From a virus (Duplodnaviria; Caudoviricetes), in the IMG/VR virus record IMGVR_UViG_3300021124_000001: a DNA stretch of 64,000 nucleotides. The stretch is one strand, 5' to 3'. Shown here piece after piece: positions 29,576 to 40,367 of the stretch. Every line of letters starts with the position of its first letter. Position 1 is the first letter of the stretch. Position numbers and translations under genes: made by a program. Under the pieces are notes generated by a model. It made no database searches. It saw only the letters and a list, made by a program, of their open reading frames with translations, and was not told the DNA's origin.

Positions 29576-30219
29576 ATGTAAAATTAATTAGCTATAGTCA
29601 AGGTTCAGACGGTAAAAACCTATTAGAACAAATCGCATATGCGGCTCGTGTATCTAATCCAGCAAACCAAAACAACTCAGAGACATCCGAAAAGTTGGTG
29701 CGATACTTGATTAAGAATCAGCATTGGTCTCCATTGGAGATGGCCTCCTTGACTTTGGAGATTGAAACCACACGAGACATTGCACGACAAATTCTACGCC
29801 ACCGTTCATTCTCATTCCAGGAGTTTAGCCAACGTTATGCTGATGCATCACAACTCGGCTTTGAAACACGGGAAGCACGATTGCAAGATACCAAAAACCG
29901 TCAAAATAGTATTGCCACTGATAATTTGGCATTACAGACCTGGTGGCAAAATTACCAAAAAGAGGTTATTGAGAAATGCCAAAATGCATACCAATTTGCA
30001 TTAGATAAAGGTATTGCCAAAGAACAGGCTCGTGCAGTTCTTCCAGAGGGCATGACAAAATCTCGTATGTACATGGCTGGAACCCTTCGTTCTTGGGTTC
30101 ACTATATACAACTCAGGTCAGCAAACGGTACTCAAAAAGAGCATCAAGAAATCGCAATTGAATGTGCTAATGTAATAGAATCTGTTTTCCCAATGATTAA
30201 GGAATTTGTAAATGTATAA
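29572..30219 (+). CDS. thyX: FAD-dependent thymidylate synthase
   Basis: RHRSFSFQEFSQRY ThyX motif, HWSPLE. Confidence 0.97.
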   Translation: MNVKLISYSQGSDGKNLLEQIAYAARVSNPANQNNSETSEKLVRYLIKNQHWSPLEMASLTLEIETTRDIARQILRHRSFSFQEFSQRYADASQLGFETREARLQDTKNRQNSIATDNLALQTWWQNYQKEVIEKCQNAYQFALDKGIAKEQARAVLPEGMTKSRMYMAGTLRSWVHYIQLRSANGTQKEHQEIAIECANVIESVFPMIKEFVNV

Positions 30220-30550
30220 TGATGTAGTAAAATTTATTGAAGCGTGTGACCAAGAGAAGACAAGTCAAAACGCAGGTCTTTACACCAAGTTGATTACGGA
30301 AGAGTATGGAGAATTCTTAGATGCAGACTATGATGTAGATGAACTTGATGCTTGTATGGATATGATTTGGGTCATTCTAGGTTATTGTTATATGAGGGGT
30401 TGGAATGTAGAAGGTGCATGGAATGAAGTTGCACGTTCCAACTTGGCCAAAATTAATCCAGAGACAGGCAAAGTGAATAAAAGAGAAGATGGTAAAGTGT
30501 TGAAACCAGAAGGTTGGACACCTCCAGAACTGAAGCAATTTTTAAAATAA
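30212..30550 (+). CDS. MazG/PRA-PH-like nucleotide pyrophosphohydrolase
   Basis: EEYGE...ELDA..D, SNLAK, DGKVLKP. Confidence 0.85.
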   Translation: MYNDVVKFIEACDQEKTSQNAGLYTKLITEEYGEFLDADYDVDELDACMDMIWVILGYCYMRGWNVEGAWNEVARSNLAKINPETGKVNKREDGKVLKPEGWTPPELKQFLK

Positions 30551-30564
30551 TAATAAGGAATAAT

Positions 30565-32364
30565 ATGGAATACATGGGCATTAAGATAGACTTAGAACGT
30601 GATAAGCTATTTGATGAGTTGGGTATTAAACGATTAAAAGAATCATACATGCGTGAGGATGAAACTTCACCACAACAAAGGTTTGCATATGTTTCGTCTG
30701 CTTTCGGCTCTAATCCAGAACATTCTCAGCGTCTGTATAATTACGCCTCTAATCATTGGCTTAGCTATAGTACTCCAATTCTTAGCTACGGCCGCAGTAA
30801 GCGTGGTTTACCTATTTCATGCTTTCTTAACTATATTGAAGACACAGCGGAGGGCCTAGTTGATAATCTTTCTGAAACTAATTGGTTGTCTATGTTTGGT
30901 GGTGGTGTTGGCATCGGCTTTGGTATACGTTCGGCGGATGATAAGTCTACTGGTGTTATGCCACACCTCAAGATATACGATGCCTCTAGTCTGGCGTATC
31001 GTCAAGGCAGGACTCGCCGTGGCTCTTATGCTGCCTACCTCGATATTAGTCATCCTGACATTATTCCGTTCCTAGAGATGCGTAAGCCCACAGGCGACCC
31101 AAATGTACGTTGCTTGAATCTACACCACGGCATTAACATCACTGATGACTTCATGGCCATCATTGAAAAGTGTATGTTGGATCCTGAAGCTGATGATTCT
31201 TGGAACCTAGTTGATCCTTACAGTAAAGAGGTTCGTGAAACTGTCTCTGCAAAAAATATATGGCAACAAATTCTTGAATTGCGTATGCATACAGGTGAAC
31301 CATACATTCACTTTATTGATACAAGCAATAGAATGTTACCACAACATCTAAAAGATAAAGGATTGAAAGTACACCAGTCTAATCTGTGTTCTGAGATTAT
31401 ACTACCTACAGATAAAGATCGTACAGCAGTATGTTGCCTATCTTCTTTGAACTTGGAGACTTATGATGATTGGAAAGATAACAAACTTTTTCTTCGGGAC
31501 GTTGCTGAGATGCTTGATAACGTCCTACAGTATTTCATTGATAGTGCTCCTGATAGCGTATCACGAGCAAGATACTCAGCTTCTATGGAACGGTCTATTG
31601 GTATTGGTGCCCTCGGTTTTCATGCATATCTACAAAAGAACGGAATTGCATTCGAGGGTGTAATGGCCAAGGTTGCTAACAACAAGATGTTTAAATTTAT
31701 CAGGGAGGGTTTAGATGAAGCGAATCTTCAATTGGGTAAAGAAAGAGGGGAGGCTCCTGATGCTGTCGGCACTGGCAAGCGTTTTAGTCATATTATGGCT
31801 ATTGCTCCAAATGCTTCTTCGTCTATCATCTTGGGAAATACTAGCCCTAGTGTCGAGCCTTATCGTGCTAATGCTTACCGTCAGGACACTCTATCGGGAG
31901 CATATCTAAACAAGAATCGTTGGTTGGATAAACTAATTAAACAAAAACTTAATTTACCTGAAGGCCTGCATTCTGGCACATATGCTGACACCTGGTCTAG
32001 CATTATCGCTAATGATGGTTCAGTCCAACATTTAGATATTCTAAGTGAAGATGAGAAGGCAGTATTCAAAACATCAATGGAAATTGACCAGCGTTGGGTA
32101 ATTGATTTGGCCGCAGATAGACAAGTATACATTGACCAAGCACAGTCCTTGAACTTGTTCTTCCGTCCAGATGCACACATCAAATATATCCATGCTATTC
32201 ATTTCATGGCATGGAAAAAAGGTTTGAAAACTTTATACTATTGCCGTTCAGAAAAGATTGGCAAAGCGGATAAAGTTTCCAAGAAAATTGAACGTCAAGT
32301 AATTAAAGAACTAGATATGACACAAATTGCTCAGGGCAATGATTGTATCGCATGTGAAGGATAA
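30565..32364 (+). CDS. nrdA: class I ribonucleotide reductase alpha subunit
   Basis: ISCF, SNLCSEI, APNASSS, LYY, C-terminal CIAC. Confidence 0.97.
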   Translation: MEYMGIKIDLERDKLFDELGIKRLKESYMREDETSPQQRFAYVSSAFGSNPEHSQRLYNYASNHWLSYSTPILSYGRSKRGLPISCFLNYIEDTAEGLVDNLSETNWLSMFGGGVGIGFGIRSADDKSTGVMPHLKIYDASSLAYRQGRTRRGSYAAYLDISHPDIIPFLEMRKPTGDPNVRCLNLHHGINITDDFMAIIEKCMLDPEADDSWNLVDPYSKEVRETVSAKNIWQQILELRMHTGEPYIHFIDTSNRMLPQHLKDKGLKVHQSNLCSEIILPTDKDRTAVCCLSSLNLETYDDWKDNKLFLRDVAEMLDNVLQYFIDSAPDSVSRARYSASMERSIGIGALGFHAYLQKNGIAFEGVMAKVANNKMFKFIREGLDEANLQLGKERGEAPDAVGTGKRFSHIMAIAPNASSSIILGNTSPSVEPYRANAYRQDTLSGAYLNKNRWLDKLIKQKLNLPEGLHSGTYADTWSSIIANDGSVQHLDILSEDEKAVFKTSMEIDQRWVIDLAADRQVYIDQAQSLNLFFRPDAHIKYIHAIHFMAWKKGLKTLYYCRSEKIGKADKVSKKIERQVIKELDMTQIAQGNDCIACEG

Positions 32365-32368
32365 ACAA

Positions 32369-32611
32369 ATGAAAAAGATTTTAAGATTTACAGCATCGTG
32401 GTGCCAACCTTGTAAAGGTTTGGCTATGAATTTGGAGTCAGCCGAATTGGATATTCCAGTTGAGGTTGTTGACATTGATGTTATGTCTGACGTTGCTATA
32501 GAATATGGCATCCGCTCAGTTCCAACTTTAGTTATGGTAGAAGATGGAACAATCCTGAAGCGTTCTTCAGGCGTTCTGTCTGTACAACAACTAAAGGAAT
32601 GGGCAGTATGA
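32369..32611 (+). CDS. thioredoxin
   Basis: WCQPC, IRSVPT. Confidence 0.93.
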   Translation: MKKILRFTASWCQPCKGLAMNLESAELDIPVEVVDIDVMSDVAIEYGIRSVPTLVMVEDGTILKRSSGVLSVQQLKEWAV

Positions 32612-33594
32612 TTAAGAAAACCAAAAACAATGTAACTTCAGAAAGAAGTTATTTCAAACCTTTTAATTATCCATGGGCTTATGATGCTTGGTTGAAACAT
32701 GAGCAATCACATTGGCTTCATACAGAGGTGCCAATGATGGAAGATGTTAAGGATTGGAAAAAGAAACTAACTGATAATGAAAAGAAGTTTTTGACACACA
32801 TCTTCCGTTTCTTTACTCAGGGTGACATTGACGTTGCTGGTGGTTATGTTAGCAATTATTTGCCATACTTTCCACAACCTGAAATGAGAATGATGTTGTT
32901 GGGATTTGCCGCCAGAGAAGCATTACATGTGGCCGCATACTCACACTTGATCGAAACTTTGGGTTTACCTGAAACAACATACAATGAATTCTTAGAGTAT
33001 TCAGAGATGAAAGAAAAGCATGACTATGTGCTTGATATCTCTAAACAAAACACAACAAAAGAGAATACTGCAACACACATTGCGGTGTTTAGTGCATTCA
33101 CTGAAGGTATGCAGTTGTTCTCATCATTCATTATGTTGTTGAACTTCCCTAGACATGGCAAAATGAAAGGCATGGGCCAAATCGTTACCTGGTCTATTGT
33201 GGATGAAACACAACATGCTGAGAATATGATTAAGTTGTTCAGAACTTTCATTCAGGAAAATCCAGAAATTTGGACAGATGAATTGAAGTCACGCATATAT
33301 ACGATTGCAGAAAAGATGGTAGAACTTGAAGACAAGTTTATCGATCTTGCTTTTGACATGGGTGAAATGGAAGGACTTAATGCCGAGGATGTTAAGAAGT
33401 ACATTCGTTACATTGCAGACCGTAGATTGATCTCGTTAAGTCTCAAAGGCATTTTCAAAGTGAAGAAGAATCCTTTGCCTTGGGTTGAAGAAATGATTAA
33501 TGCTCCAACCCACACAAACTTCTTTGAGAATCGTGCCACAGACTATGCAAAGGGTGCACTGTCTGGTGATTGGTCTGATGTTTGGGCTAATTAA
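32608..33594 (+). CDS. nrdB: class I ribonucleotide reductase beta subunit
   Basis: EALH...Y, EGMQLFSSF, DETQH, NFFE. Confidence 0.96.
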   Translation: MIKKTKNNVTSERSYFKPFNYPWAYDAWLKHEQSHWLHTEVPMMEDVKDWKKKLTDNEKKFLTHIFRFFTQGDIDVAGGYVSNYLPYFPQPEMRMMLLGFAAREALHVAAYSHLIETLGLPETTYNEFLEYSEMKEKHDYVLDISKQNTTKENTATHIAVFSAFTEGMQLFSSFIMLLNFPRHGKMKGMGQIVTWSIVDETQHAENMIKLFRTFIQENPEIWTDELKSRIYTIAEKMVELEDKFIDLAFDMGEMEGLNAEDVKKYIRYIADRRLISLSLKGIFKVKKNPLPWVEEMINAPTHTNFFENRATDYAKGALSGDWSDVWAN

Positions 33595-33623
33595 TTTTTT
33601 AAAACTATAATAAGAAGAATAAC

Positions 33624-33812
33624 ATGACAAATAAAGTTATCAGTGGCGAATGCCTAGAGTGTGAATCATCTTACTCAGTAGAGTATACACAAGAATTAGT
33701 TTCACAACCAATGCCAGAGTTTTGCCCATTTTGTGGTGATCCCATCGAAGAATTATCCGAAGAATATATAGAGGATGATGACTTAGATGAAGATGACCTC
33801 AAATGGGAATAA
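33624..33812 (+). CDS. zinc-ribbon protein
   Basis: CLEC...CPFCG, acidic tail. Confidence 0.8.
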   Translation: MTNKVISGECLECESSYSVEYTQELVSQPMPEFCPFCGDPIEELSEEYIEDDDLDEDDLKWE

Positions 33813-34234
33813 ACTGGCAATATAATGATATAGAATTCACAGAAGATTTAATTGGTGATAGTTATGGGTTTGTTTACCTCATAACAAATTTGGAGAACAA
33901 CAGGAAATACATCGGTAAGAAGTTATTCTGGTTCTCCAAGACCAAACAAGTCAAAGGTAAAAAGAAAAGAATTAAAGTCCCATCGGACTGGCAAACTTAC
34001 TATGGAAGTAGTGACGAATTGCAAAAAGATGTTATACTATATGGAACGGATAAGTTCCGCAGAGAGATACTACATCTATGCAAATCAAAAGGTGAGTGTA
34101 GTTACCTTGAAGCGAAAGAACAGTTCGCCAACAATGTAATGGAAAGCGATGAGTATTACAATAACTGGATCATGGTTAGAGTAAGAAAGTCACACATCAA
34201 GGACTACAATGCTAGAATCACTAAAACATCTTAA
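33803..34234 (+). CDS. GIY-YIG endonuclease
   Basis: GFVY...YIGKK, YYGSS, E, YYN. Confidence 0.85.
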   Translation: MGINWQYNDIEFTEDLIGDSYGFVYLITNLENNRKYIGKKLFWFSKTKQVKGKKKRIKVPSDWQTYYGSSDELQKDVILYGTDKFRREILHLCKSKGECSYLEAKEQFANNVMESDEYYNNWIMVRVRKSHIKDYNARITKTS

Positions 34235-34553
34235 AGATGAAAAATTAGACACATATACTTTTTTCCCATCAGAAGTAAACGGCCAAATACATTTTAAAGG
34301 AAGCAATTATGCTGTACCTGGAACAAAACTAGATGGCTCTGAAATGGGTGATTGTTACCACATAATTCTGTTCAAAGAATCTGAAGAAGAAAAAGTAATA
34401 CATTTAGATAGATTTGAAGCCATTTTAATTGATCCTTTAGAATACATGTCCAGATTATTGCTAGATGGTTGGTTTGGTGTTATTTGCAAAAAAACAACAA
34501 CCTCTCATGAATACATAGAAGAAACATTTGACATGATTAAAGAAGCGTGTTAA
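34209..34553 (+). CDS. hypothetical protein
   Basis: ORF with RBS. Confidence 0.7.
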   Translation: MLESLKHLKDEKLDTYTFFPSEVNGQIHFKGSNYAVPGTKLDGSEMGDCYHIILFKESEEEKVIHLDRFEAILIDPLEYMSRLLLDGWFGVICKKTTTSHEYIEETFDMIKEAC

Positions 34554-34581
34554 GATATAATTTTACATATTTGGATTCATA

Positions 34582-35430
34582 ATGATTCTTGTTGACCTGA
34601 ACCAAGTCCTTCTTGCTGGACTTATGGCTCAAATTTCTAATCAAAAGACAATTAAGTTAGAAGAAGACTTAATTCGTCACATGGTATTAAACATCCTCCG
34701 TATGCACCTCAAGAACTTCCGTAACGAATACGGTGAAGTTGTGCTTTGCTGTGACAACCGCAAATACTGGCGCAAGGAGTTCTTTCCTTACTACAAGGCA
34801 GGTCGTAAAAAGACTCGTGAAAAGTCCGCACTTGACTGGCATCTCATTTTTGACATGTTGGCCAAGTTCAAGCAGGAACTTAAAGAAAACTTTCCATACA
34901 AAGTGATTGATGTTGAAGGTGCAGAAGCTGATGACATCATTGGAACATTGGTACCTCGTCATGCACCACATGAAAAGATCCTGATTTTGTCCAGTGACGG
35001 AGATTTCTTGCAATTGCAACAATATGGTAGTAATATCAAGCAGTACAATCCAGCATTGAAGAAATACCTGAAGTCGGAAAGTCCATTGATTGACCTCAAA
35101 GAGAAGATTATCCGTGGAGATAAAGGTGACGGCATTCCAAACATGTTTTCACCGGCCGATTGTTTTGTCCGTGACCAACGCCAGAAGCCAATCACTAAAG
35201 CAATCATGGAGAAATACCTGTGGCAGGACGTTGAAGAATATGGTGAAACTGACAAAGCTAATTTTATTCGGAACGCAACTTTGATTGACCTCAAGAAGGT
35301 ACCAGTTGAAATCCGAGAGAAAATCATAAATACCTATGATGAGATCAAACCTGCTACGAAGCAGAAGATGCTGAATTATTTCATTCAGTATAAACTTAAA
35401 AATCTAATGGATGTGATTGAGGAATTTTGA
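34582..35430 (+). CDS. rnh: T4 RNase H (5'-3' exonuclease)
   Basis: ILVD, YWRK..YK..RK, EADDII, SSDGDF.QL, GD.GD. Confidence 0.95.
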   Translation: MILVDLNQVLLAGLMAQISNQKTIKLEEDLIRHMVLNILRMHLKNFRNEYGEVVLCCDNRKYWRKEFFPYYKAGRKKTREKSALDWHLIFDMLAKFKQELKENFPYKVIDVEGAEADDIIGTLVPRHAPHEKILILSSDGDFLQLQQYGSNIKQYNPALKKYLKSESPLIDLKEKIIRGDKGDGIPNMFSPADCFVRDQRQKPITKAIMEKYLWQDVEEYGETDKANFIRNATLIDLKKVPVEIREKIINTYDEIKPATKQKMLNYFIQYKLKNLMDVIEEF

Positions 35431-35852
35431 TGAAAAATATATATGAAGTTTTTGACGAGTTTGAATTAGCCAAAAATAAAAAAGCAAGAATGGAAGTTAT
35501 AGGTAATAACCTATCAAAGGCTCTAACAGAAGTATTACAGTTAACATTTGACCCACAATATGAGTGGTATGTTAAAGAAGTTCCTGAGGGCTATGTAATT
35601 AAAGAAGTACCGGCAGGAATGGGATATGCTAAATTGTCCACTGAACTCCGTAAAATGTATATGTTTCGAAAGGGACACCCCACAGCCGATAAGTTGACAC
35701 CTAAGAAGCGTGAACAACTTTTGGTTGAGTATCTCCAAAACCTGGAACCCCGAGAGGCCGAAGTAGTTATGGGCATCTTCAATAAAGACTTGGGTGTTAA
35801 AGGTTTGGATTATAAGTTCGTTAAAGAAGCATTCCCAAATCTCATACCTTAA
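35430..35852 (+). CDS. hypothetical protein
   Basis: ORF downstream of rnh. Confidence 0.75.
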   Translation: MKNIYEVFDEFELAKNKKARMEVIGNNLSKALTEVLQLTFDPQYEWYVKEVPEGYVIKEVPAGMGYAKLSTELRKMYMFRKGHPTADKLTPKKREQLLVEYLQNLEPREAEVVMGIFNKDLGVKGLDYKFVKEAFPNLIP

Positions 35853-35865
35853 TAGGAGTTAGTAA

Positions 35866-36045
35866 GTGTCAAAATTTGTAGCTAAGTTTCGCCCTGAAAG
35901 AGACTACAGCGATGATTATGAATTCAAACAGAATACATATGAACGTAAAAAGCGAGACAAACAAAGAGAATCGAAAAAACAATCTAAATATTTCGACTCA
36001 TATGAATCTGAATGGTATTCCGAACCTAAACGCCAAAGACGATAG
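35866..36045 (+). CDS. small charged hypothetical protein (GTG start, not in ORF track)
   Basis: AGGAG RBS, MSKFVAKFRPERD..., 59 aa. Confidence 0.65.
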   Translation: MSKFVAKFRPERDYSDDYEFKQNTYERKKRDKQRESKKQSKYFDSYESEWYSEPKRQRR

Positions 36046-36098
36046 TGTTGTTTTTTTACAACACCTAGGTTGACAAGAAACATAGGCTCTGTATAATA
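36046..36098 (+). promoter_or_regulatory. TGTTG-N8-CAACA palindrome plus sigma70 promoter
   Basis: Palindrome 36046-36063; TTGACA-17-TATAAT from 36070. Confidence 0.85.
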
Positions 36099-36119
36099 CA
36101 AATCTTGTATGGAGTTTTT

Positions 36120-36464
36120 ATGTTTATTCACGGCAGTATTCCAAAGTCCAAAAAACGCAAAGTGCCTAAGGCTAAGCAGGCAGAGTATGATGCATGGTTA
36201 AAATCTATCGAAGATATGAAGCCAAAATCATTGAGTAAATTTACTCAGCGTCCTACAATCAAAAATCCAGTGGTTACTGGCGTTTTTGTTCGGGAAACTC
36301 GTAAAATTGAATCTTTAGACTCAGGACTTGGCACGGCCACAAAGCCAGCACCAAAAGTCTATACAGGAACCGCAATGAAAGGTATTGCAACTATGCATAA
36401 GAGCAATGCAGTACCAGTTTTTACGGATGAGCAAGCAAAAGACATTTCAAGTATGAGGCGATAA
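36120..36464 (+). CDS. basic hypothetical protein
   Basis: GGAG RBS; GIATMHKSNAVP motif. Confidence 0.8.
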   Translation: MFIHGSIPKSKKRKVPKAKQAEYDAWLKSIEDMKPKSLSKFTQRPTIKNPVVTGVFVRETRKIESLDSGLGTATKPAPKVYTGTAMKGIATMHKSNAVPVFTDEQAKDISSMRR

Positions 36465-36750
36465 TGAAAAAACTTAATTTTGTTGTAAAATTACAACGTC
36501 CGGTGTGTCGAACACCAATCAAACCTGTTCAAGTGCATAAACCTGTCGTTTTTAATGCACGTAAAGAGAAACATAAACGTACTTTGTCGCATTTTTTGAA
36601 CGGAGATGAATGATATGACAGATTTTTTAGCCCAAAGTGACCACCGATTGATGGAGCCACTAAAAATTGACCAAGAAGCAGTAAAATCACTAACTGAAGT
36701 TACTAAAATGTGGGCCAATTTGACTCAATTCGAGAAGGACCAAGAAAACT

Positions 36751-36942
36751 ATGAGCGACTCAAGCAACAATACGACTAAAATCACTTGGACTACAAAAAT
36801 CGAAGATGCCAATGACGGCACCGGCGATGGAATTCTTACTTTTCCTCCAGAAGTAGTTGCACTGAACGGTTGGAAAGAAGGAACCATACTCCATTTTAAG
36901 GTTGAAGATGGTGCATTGATTATTTCTGAAAATCCGTTGTAA
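36751..36942 (+). CDS. AbrB/MazE-like swapped-hairpin protein
   Basis: ILTFPPEV...GWKEG..L.F.VEDG.LII pattern. Confidence 0.65.
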   Translation: MSDSSNNTTKITWTTKIEDANDGTGDGILTFPPEVVALNGWKEGTILHFKVEDGALIISENPL

Positions 36943-36986
36943 AAAAACAACAAATTAATTGACATTATTAGGAATACTTGTATAAT
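36935..36986 (+). promoter_or_regulatory. palindrome plus sigma70 promoter
   Basis: CGTTG-N8-CAACA 36935-36952; TTGACA at 36959 ... TATAAT. Confidence 0.8.
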
Positions 36987-37011
36987 AGATACATATTCTT
37001 AAGGACATACT

Positions 37012-39174
37012 ATGAGTTTAGTTCAAACCAAATCACTTCTTGCCAAATTAATGGCAACAGAGAATCTCCACATTGAGCAACGCAATGTTTCGACTGCATC
37101 CTTTGATGTGGTTAATCGGATTCTCACTGTACCTATTCTAAACGATACAGTTACTAGCGACCAATACGACCTTTTCATGGGCCATGAAGTCGGACATGCA
37201 CTTTATACTCCACTTGACGGTTTAAAACGTGCTTCAGAACTAAATTACTCTATGTCCGTAATGAACGTGCTTGAGGATTCACGTATTGAGCGTAAAATTA
37301 AGATAAAATATCCAGGAATTCGTCAATGTTTCATCCGTGCTTACAAAGAATTGATGGAAAATGACTTTTTTGGCACTTCCGACAAAGATTTGAACACTTT
37401 GAACTTTATTGATCGTGTTAATTTGTACTGCAAAGCAGGAATTGACACCGGAATTGTTTTTTCCGATGAAGAAAAAGCAATCGTCAATGAAATTGAAAAC
37501 ACAATCACATATGATGATGTCATGGAAGTGTACAAAAAAGTTTCGGATTACATGAAAACACAAAATCAGCCTGAGCCACTAGAATCTTCTCTTGGTTTTG
37601 GTTTTGCCGATGAAGATTTTGATGGTCCGACTGAAAAATCCCCAGGTTCAAATTCTGAAAATTCTCAGTCTGGTGAAAAATCAGAATCAAAATCTTCAGA
37701 AAATCAAGAAGATCATTCCGATTCCGATAAGGCCAACAAAAGTGGTGATAATAAATCAAGTGATTCTGTGAAAGATACGATAGAATCTGGTAAAAGTACT
37801 GGTACTGGAAAGAATGCATCGAACTCAAATAAGCCAATTGAGGAGCCAGTTTCACATACTGACAATGCATGGCGTAAAAATGAAGATCGTTTGTTCTCCA
37901 ATAAACCAGGACGTTACTACTATGGTAACATTCCAAACTTCAATCTAAGTTCTATTGTAATAGATCACAAAAGATTGTGGGTCCGTTACAAAAAAGATGT
38001 TGCAGATCGTCAGAGGCAATTAGGAATACAAAATGACGGTACGAATGTTCCTGCTTTCAACAAGTTCCGTGAAGATTCTAAAAAAATTGTATCATACCTT
38101 GTGAAAGAATTTGAACTACGTAAGAATGCAAATGAAATGAAACGTACATCCGTTGCTAAAACGGGTAATCTGAATATGTCTAAGATTTTTTCTTACAAAT
38201 TCAGTGAAGATATTTTCAAACGCATGACTGTTGTTCCTAATGGAAAATCACATGGCTTGGTTATGTTTATCGATTGGTCTGGTTCTATGCACACCAATAT
38301 TGACAATACAATTCGCCAATTGTTGAACTTAGTTATGTTTTGTAAAAAAGTGAATATTCCATTTGAAGTATATGCATTTACAAGTGCTTATGGTGAAAAC
38401 TTAGGTTTTGCAAAATTCTCTGCAAAACCCGGTGATTTTGTTTTCAATAGTTTCCATTTGATGAATTTGTTGTCAAGTCAAATGAACGCATCTGAATACA
38501 AGTATGCCGCATCAGCATTGTTGGCTTTCTCAAATCGTTACAACAATAGACCATCTTGGTTTGGCCTATCTGGTACTCCATTAAACGAGGCCATTGTGGC
38601 TGCCATGAAAATTGTTCCTGAATTTCAGAAAGAGCGTAAACTACAAATTGTAAATACTGTTTTCTTAACTGATGGTGATGGTTCTAGACCTTATGGAATC
38701 TACACAGAGCATGGTCAACAATCATTGCGTAGTGATGGTATTATTGTAATTCGTGATCCTATTACTAAACATGAAGAAAAGATTGATGACACTTCGTCTA
38801 GAAAAATCACTTCAGCCTTCATCAAACTAATGAAAGAACGGACAAAATCCAATGTTGTTGGTTTTTATATTTTAGATGGCCGAAATTTCAGCCATGAGAT
38901 TCATAACTTTTATCCAGATACTCTAACAGATGCTAATAAAGTTGAACAGTTGAAGAAGGAGTTTAGAAGTGAAAAGTATAAAATTGTGACCACAGATGGT
39001 TATGATGAATATTATTTGCTACGTGCTGAAGGCCTAGATACTGAAGAAGGTGTGGAGTTTGAAGTAAAAGAAAACGCAACTACTCGTGGTTTTGTTTCTG
39101 CATTCTCCAAATTTACTAATAACCGTAAAGCCAATCGAGTGGTGTTGAACCGTTTTATTGGAATGATTGTATAA
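37012..39174 (+). CDS. CobT-like protein: HExxH metallopeptidase-like domain plus VWA domain
   Basis: GHEVGH, NVLED.RIE, S/E-rich linker, DWSGSM MIDAS, GTPL, LTDG. Confidence 0.85.
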   Translation: MSLVQTKSLLAKLMATENLHIEQRNVSTASFDVVNRILTVPILNDTVTSDQYDLFMGHEVGHALYTPLDGLKRASELNYSMSVMNVLEDSRIERKIKIKYPGIRQCFIRAYKELMENDFFGTSDKDLNTLNFIDRVNLYCKAGIDTGIVFSDEEKAIVNEIENTITYDDVMEVYKKVSDYMKTQNQPEPLESSLGFGFADEDFDGPTEKSPGSNSENSQSGEKSESKSSENQEDHSDSDKANKSGDNKSSDSVKDTIESGKSTGTGKNASNSNKPIEEPVSHTDNAWRKNEDRLFSNKPGRYYYGNIPNFNLSSIVIDHKRLWVRYKKDVADRQRQLGIQNDGTNVPAFNKFREDSKKIVSYLVKEFELRKNANEMKRTSVAKTGNLNMSKIFSYKFSEDIFKRMTVVPNGKSHGLVMFIDWSGSMHTNIDNTIRQLLNLVMFCKKVNIPFEVYAFTSAYGENLGFAKFSAKPGDFVFNSFHLMNLLSSQMNASEYKYAASALLAFSNRYNNRPSWFGLSGTPLNEAIVAAMKIVPEFQKERKLQIVNTVFLTDGDGSRPYGIYTEHGQQSLRSDGIIVIRDPITKHEEKIDDTSSRKITSAFIKLMKERTKSNVVGFYILDGRNFSHEIHNFYPDTLTDANKVEQLKKEFRSEKYKIVTTDGYDEYYLLRAEGLDTEEGVEFEVKENATTRGFVSAFSKFTNNRKANRVVLNRFIGMIV

Positions 39175-39183
39175 GGAGTTTTT

Positions 39184-39396
39184 ATGAGTAATGTGATAAT
39201 GTCATATCAGTTAAATGGTAGACGCACCGAAGTATTACAAGAACACAATGGAATGTACCGTGTTGAGTTTTATGTCAATGGTCGTTTGTCTCATGTAACT
39301 AACGCATTTAACTTTGACGAGGCTCAACGCCTTGCTGAGAATTATGTGGAAGTGGCCGGTCAGAATAAACCTGGTCCTGCCTTCTTGCAAGAATGA
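39184..39396 (+). CDS. hypothetical protein
   Basis: AGGAG RBS. Confidence 0.75.
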   Translation: MSNVIMSYQLNGRRTEVLQEHNGMYRVEFYVNGRLSHVTNAFNFDEAQRLAENYVEVAGQNKPGPAFLQE

Positions 39397-40208
39397 TGAA
39401 CGTTCTAATCACCGGTGATTCTGGTTATATTGGTAGTCATCTCAAACAGATGATTATCAAAACCGGAAAACAATATAATGTGCAATGCTTGAATTTGAGT
39501 AATGCAGATGTTGAAGTGCCAGCCACATTATTCAAAGCCGGCTTTGGTGATGTTAAGTGGGATACAGTCATTCATTTGGCCGCTTTAGTTAAAGTTGGAG
39601 AATCTGTGGATAATCCATCTAACTATTTTGAGACAAATGTGAATGGTACAATAAATGTACTTCGATATTTGAATTATGAAAATTTTATATTTGCATCGAC
39701 AGGAGCTGCCGCTAACCCTAATAGTCCATATGGGCTATCAAAGTTAATGGCAGAAAATGTCGTGTTTGAATTTGCTAACAAAAAACCTATTGACTTTACA
39801 ATCTTTAGATTCTATAATGTAATTGGTCAAGATGGATTTGAACCAACTAATCCAGACGGGCTATTTTATAACTTGAAAAAGGCGGTACAAACAAAACAGT
39901 TTGATTTATATGGTACAGATTACGATACCAAAGATGGTACCTGTATACGAGAGTATGTGCATGTAAACGATATTTGTTGGGCAATCATTCGAGCAATCGA
40001 GAAACCAGCATATAGTATTGAGAACCTGGCCTACGGTGACACCAGAACAGTCCGTGAGATTATCGACACTTTTAAGATGACAAACTCAGTAGACTTTGAA
40101 GTAATTGAGAAACCGAGAAGACCAGGCGATCTTGAGGCATGTTACTTGCCCAACCCATCAAAGTATATGGTGCGTGATTACACCTATGAACAAATGCTGA
40201 TGATTTGA
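39393..40208 (+). CDS. galE: NAD-dependent epimerase, UDP-glucose 4-epimerase-like
   Basis: TGDSGYIGSH, HLAA, YGLSK, DGTCIREYVHV, RRPGD. Confidence 0.88.
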   Translation: MMNVLITGDSGYIGSHLKQMIIKTGKQYNVQCLNLSNADVEVPATLFKAGFGDVKWDTVIHLAALVKVGESVDNPSNYFETNVNGTINVLRYLNYENFIFASTGAAANPNSPYGLSKLMAENVVFEFANKKPIDFTIFRFYNVIGQDGFEPTNPDGLFYNLKKAVQTKQFDLYGTDYDTKDGTCIREYVHVNDICWAIIRAIEKPAYSIENLAYGDTRTVREIIDTFKMTNSVDFEVIEKPRRPGDLEACYLPNPSKYMVRDYTYEQMLMI

Positions 40209-40211
40209 TCC

Positions 40212-40367
40212 TCAGAAGTATGCTACTCGATTTTTTCTTTCCCATTGTTGTACCCAATAATCGATCTCAGCAGTGCTTTGAACGTTTTTAGATTTTAGAT
40301 AAAGATCCAATGCACTGGTGTTATCACCGGAAAAGAAATTGAATAGTTTTGAAAGATAAGCAAACAT
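40212..40367 (-). CDS. small late-expressed protein (51 aa, not in ORF track)
   Basis: MFAYLSKLFNFFSGDNTSALDLYL...; AGGGG RBS; TATAAATA at 40398-40405 (-). Confidence 0.65.
   Translation of the reverse strand: MFAYLSKLFNFFSGDNTSALDLYLKSKNVQSTAEIDYWVQQWERKNRVAYF

Noticed and set aside
6338-39174. Stop-codon reassignment
   Set aside because: Core genes are full length in the standard code and no suppressor tRNA was seen.
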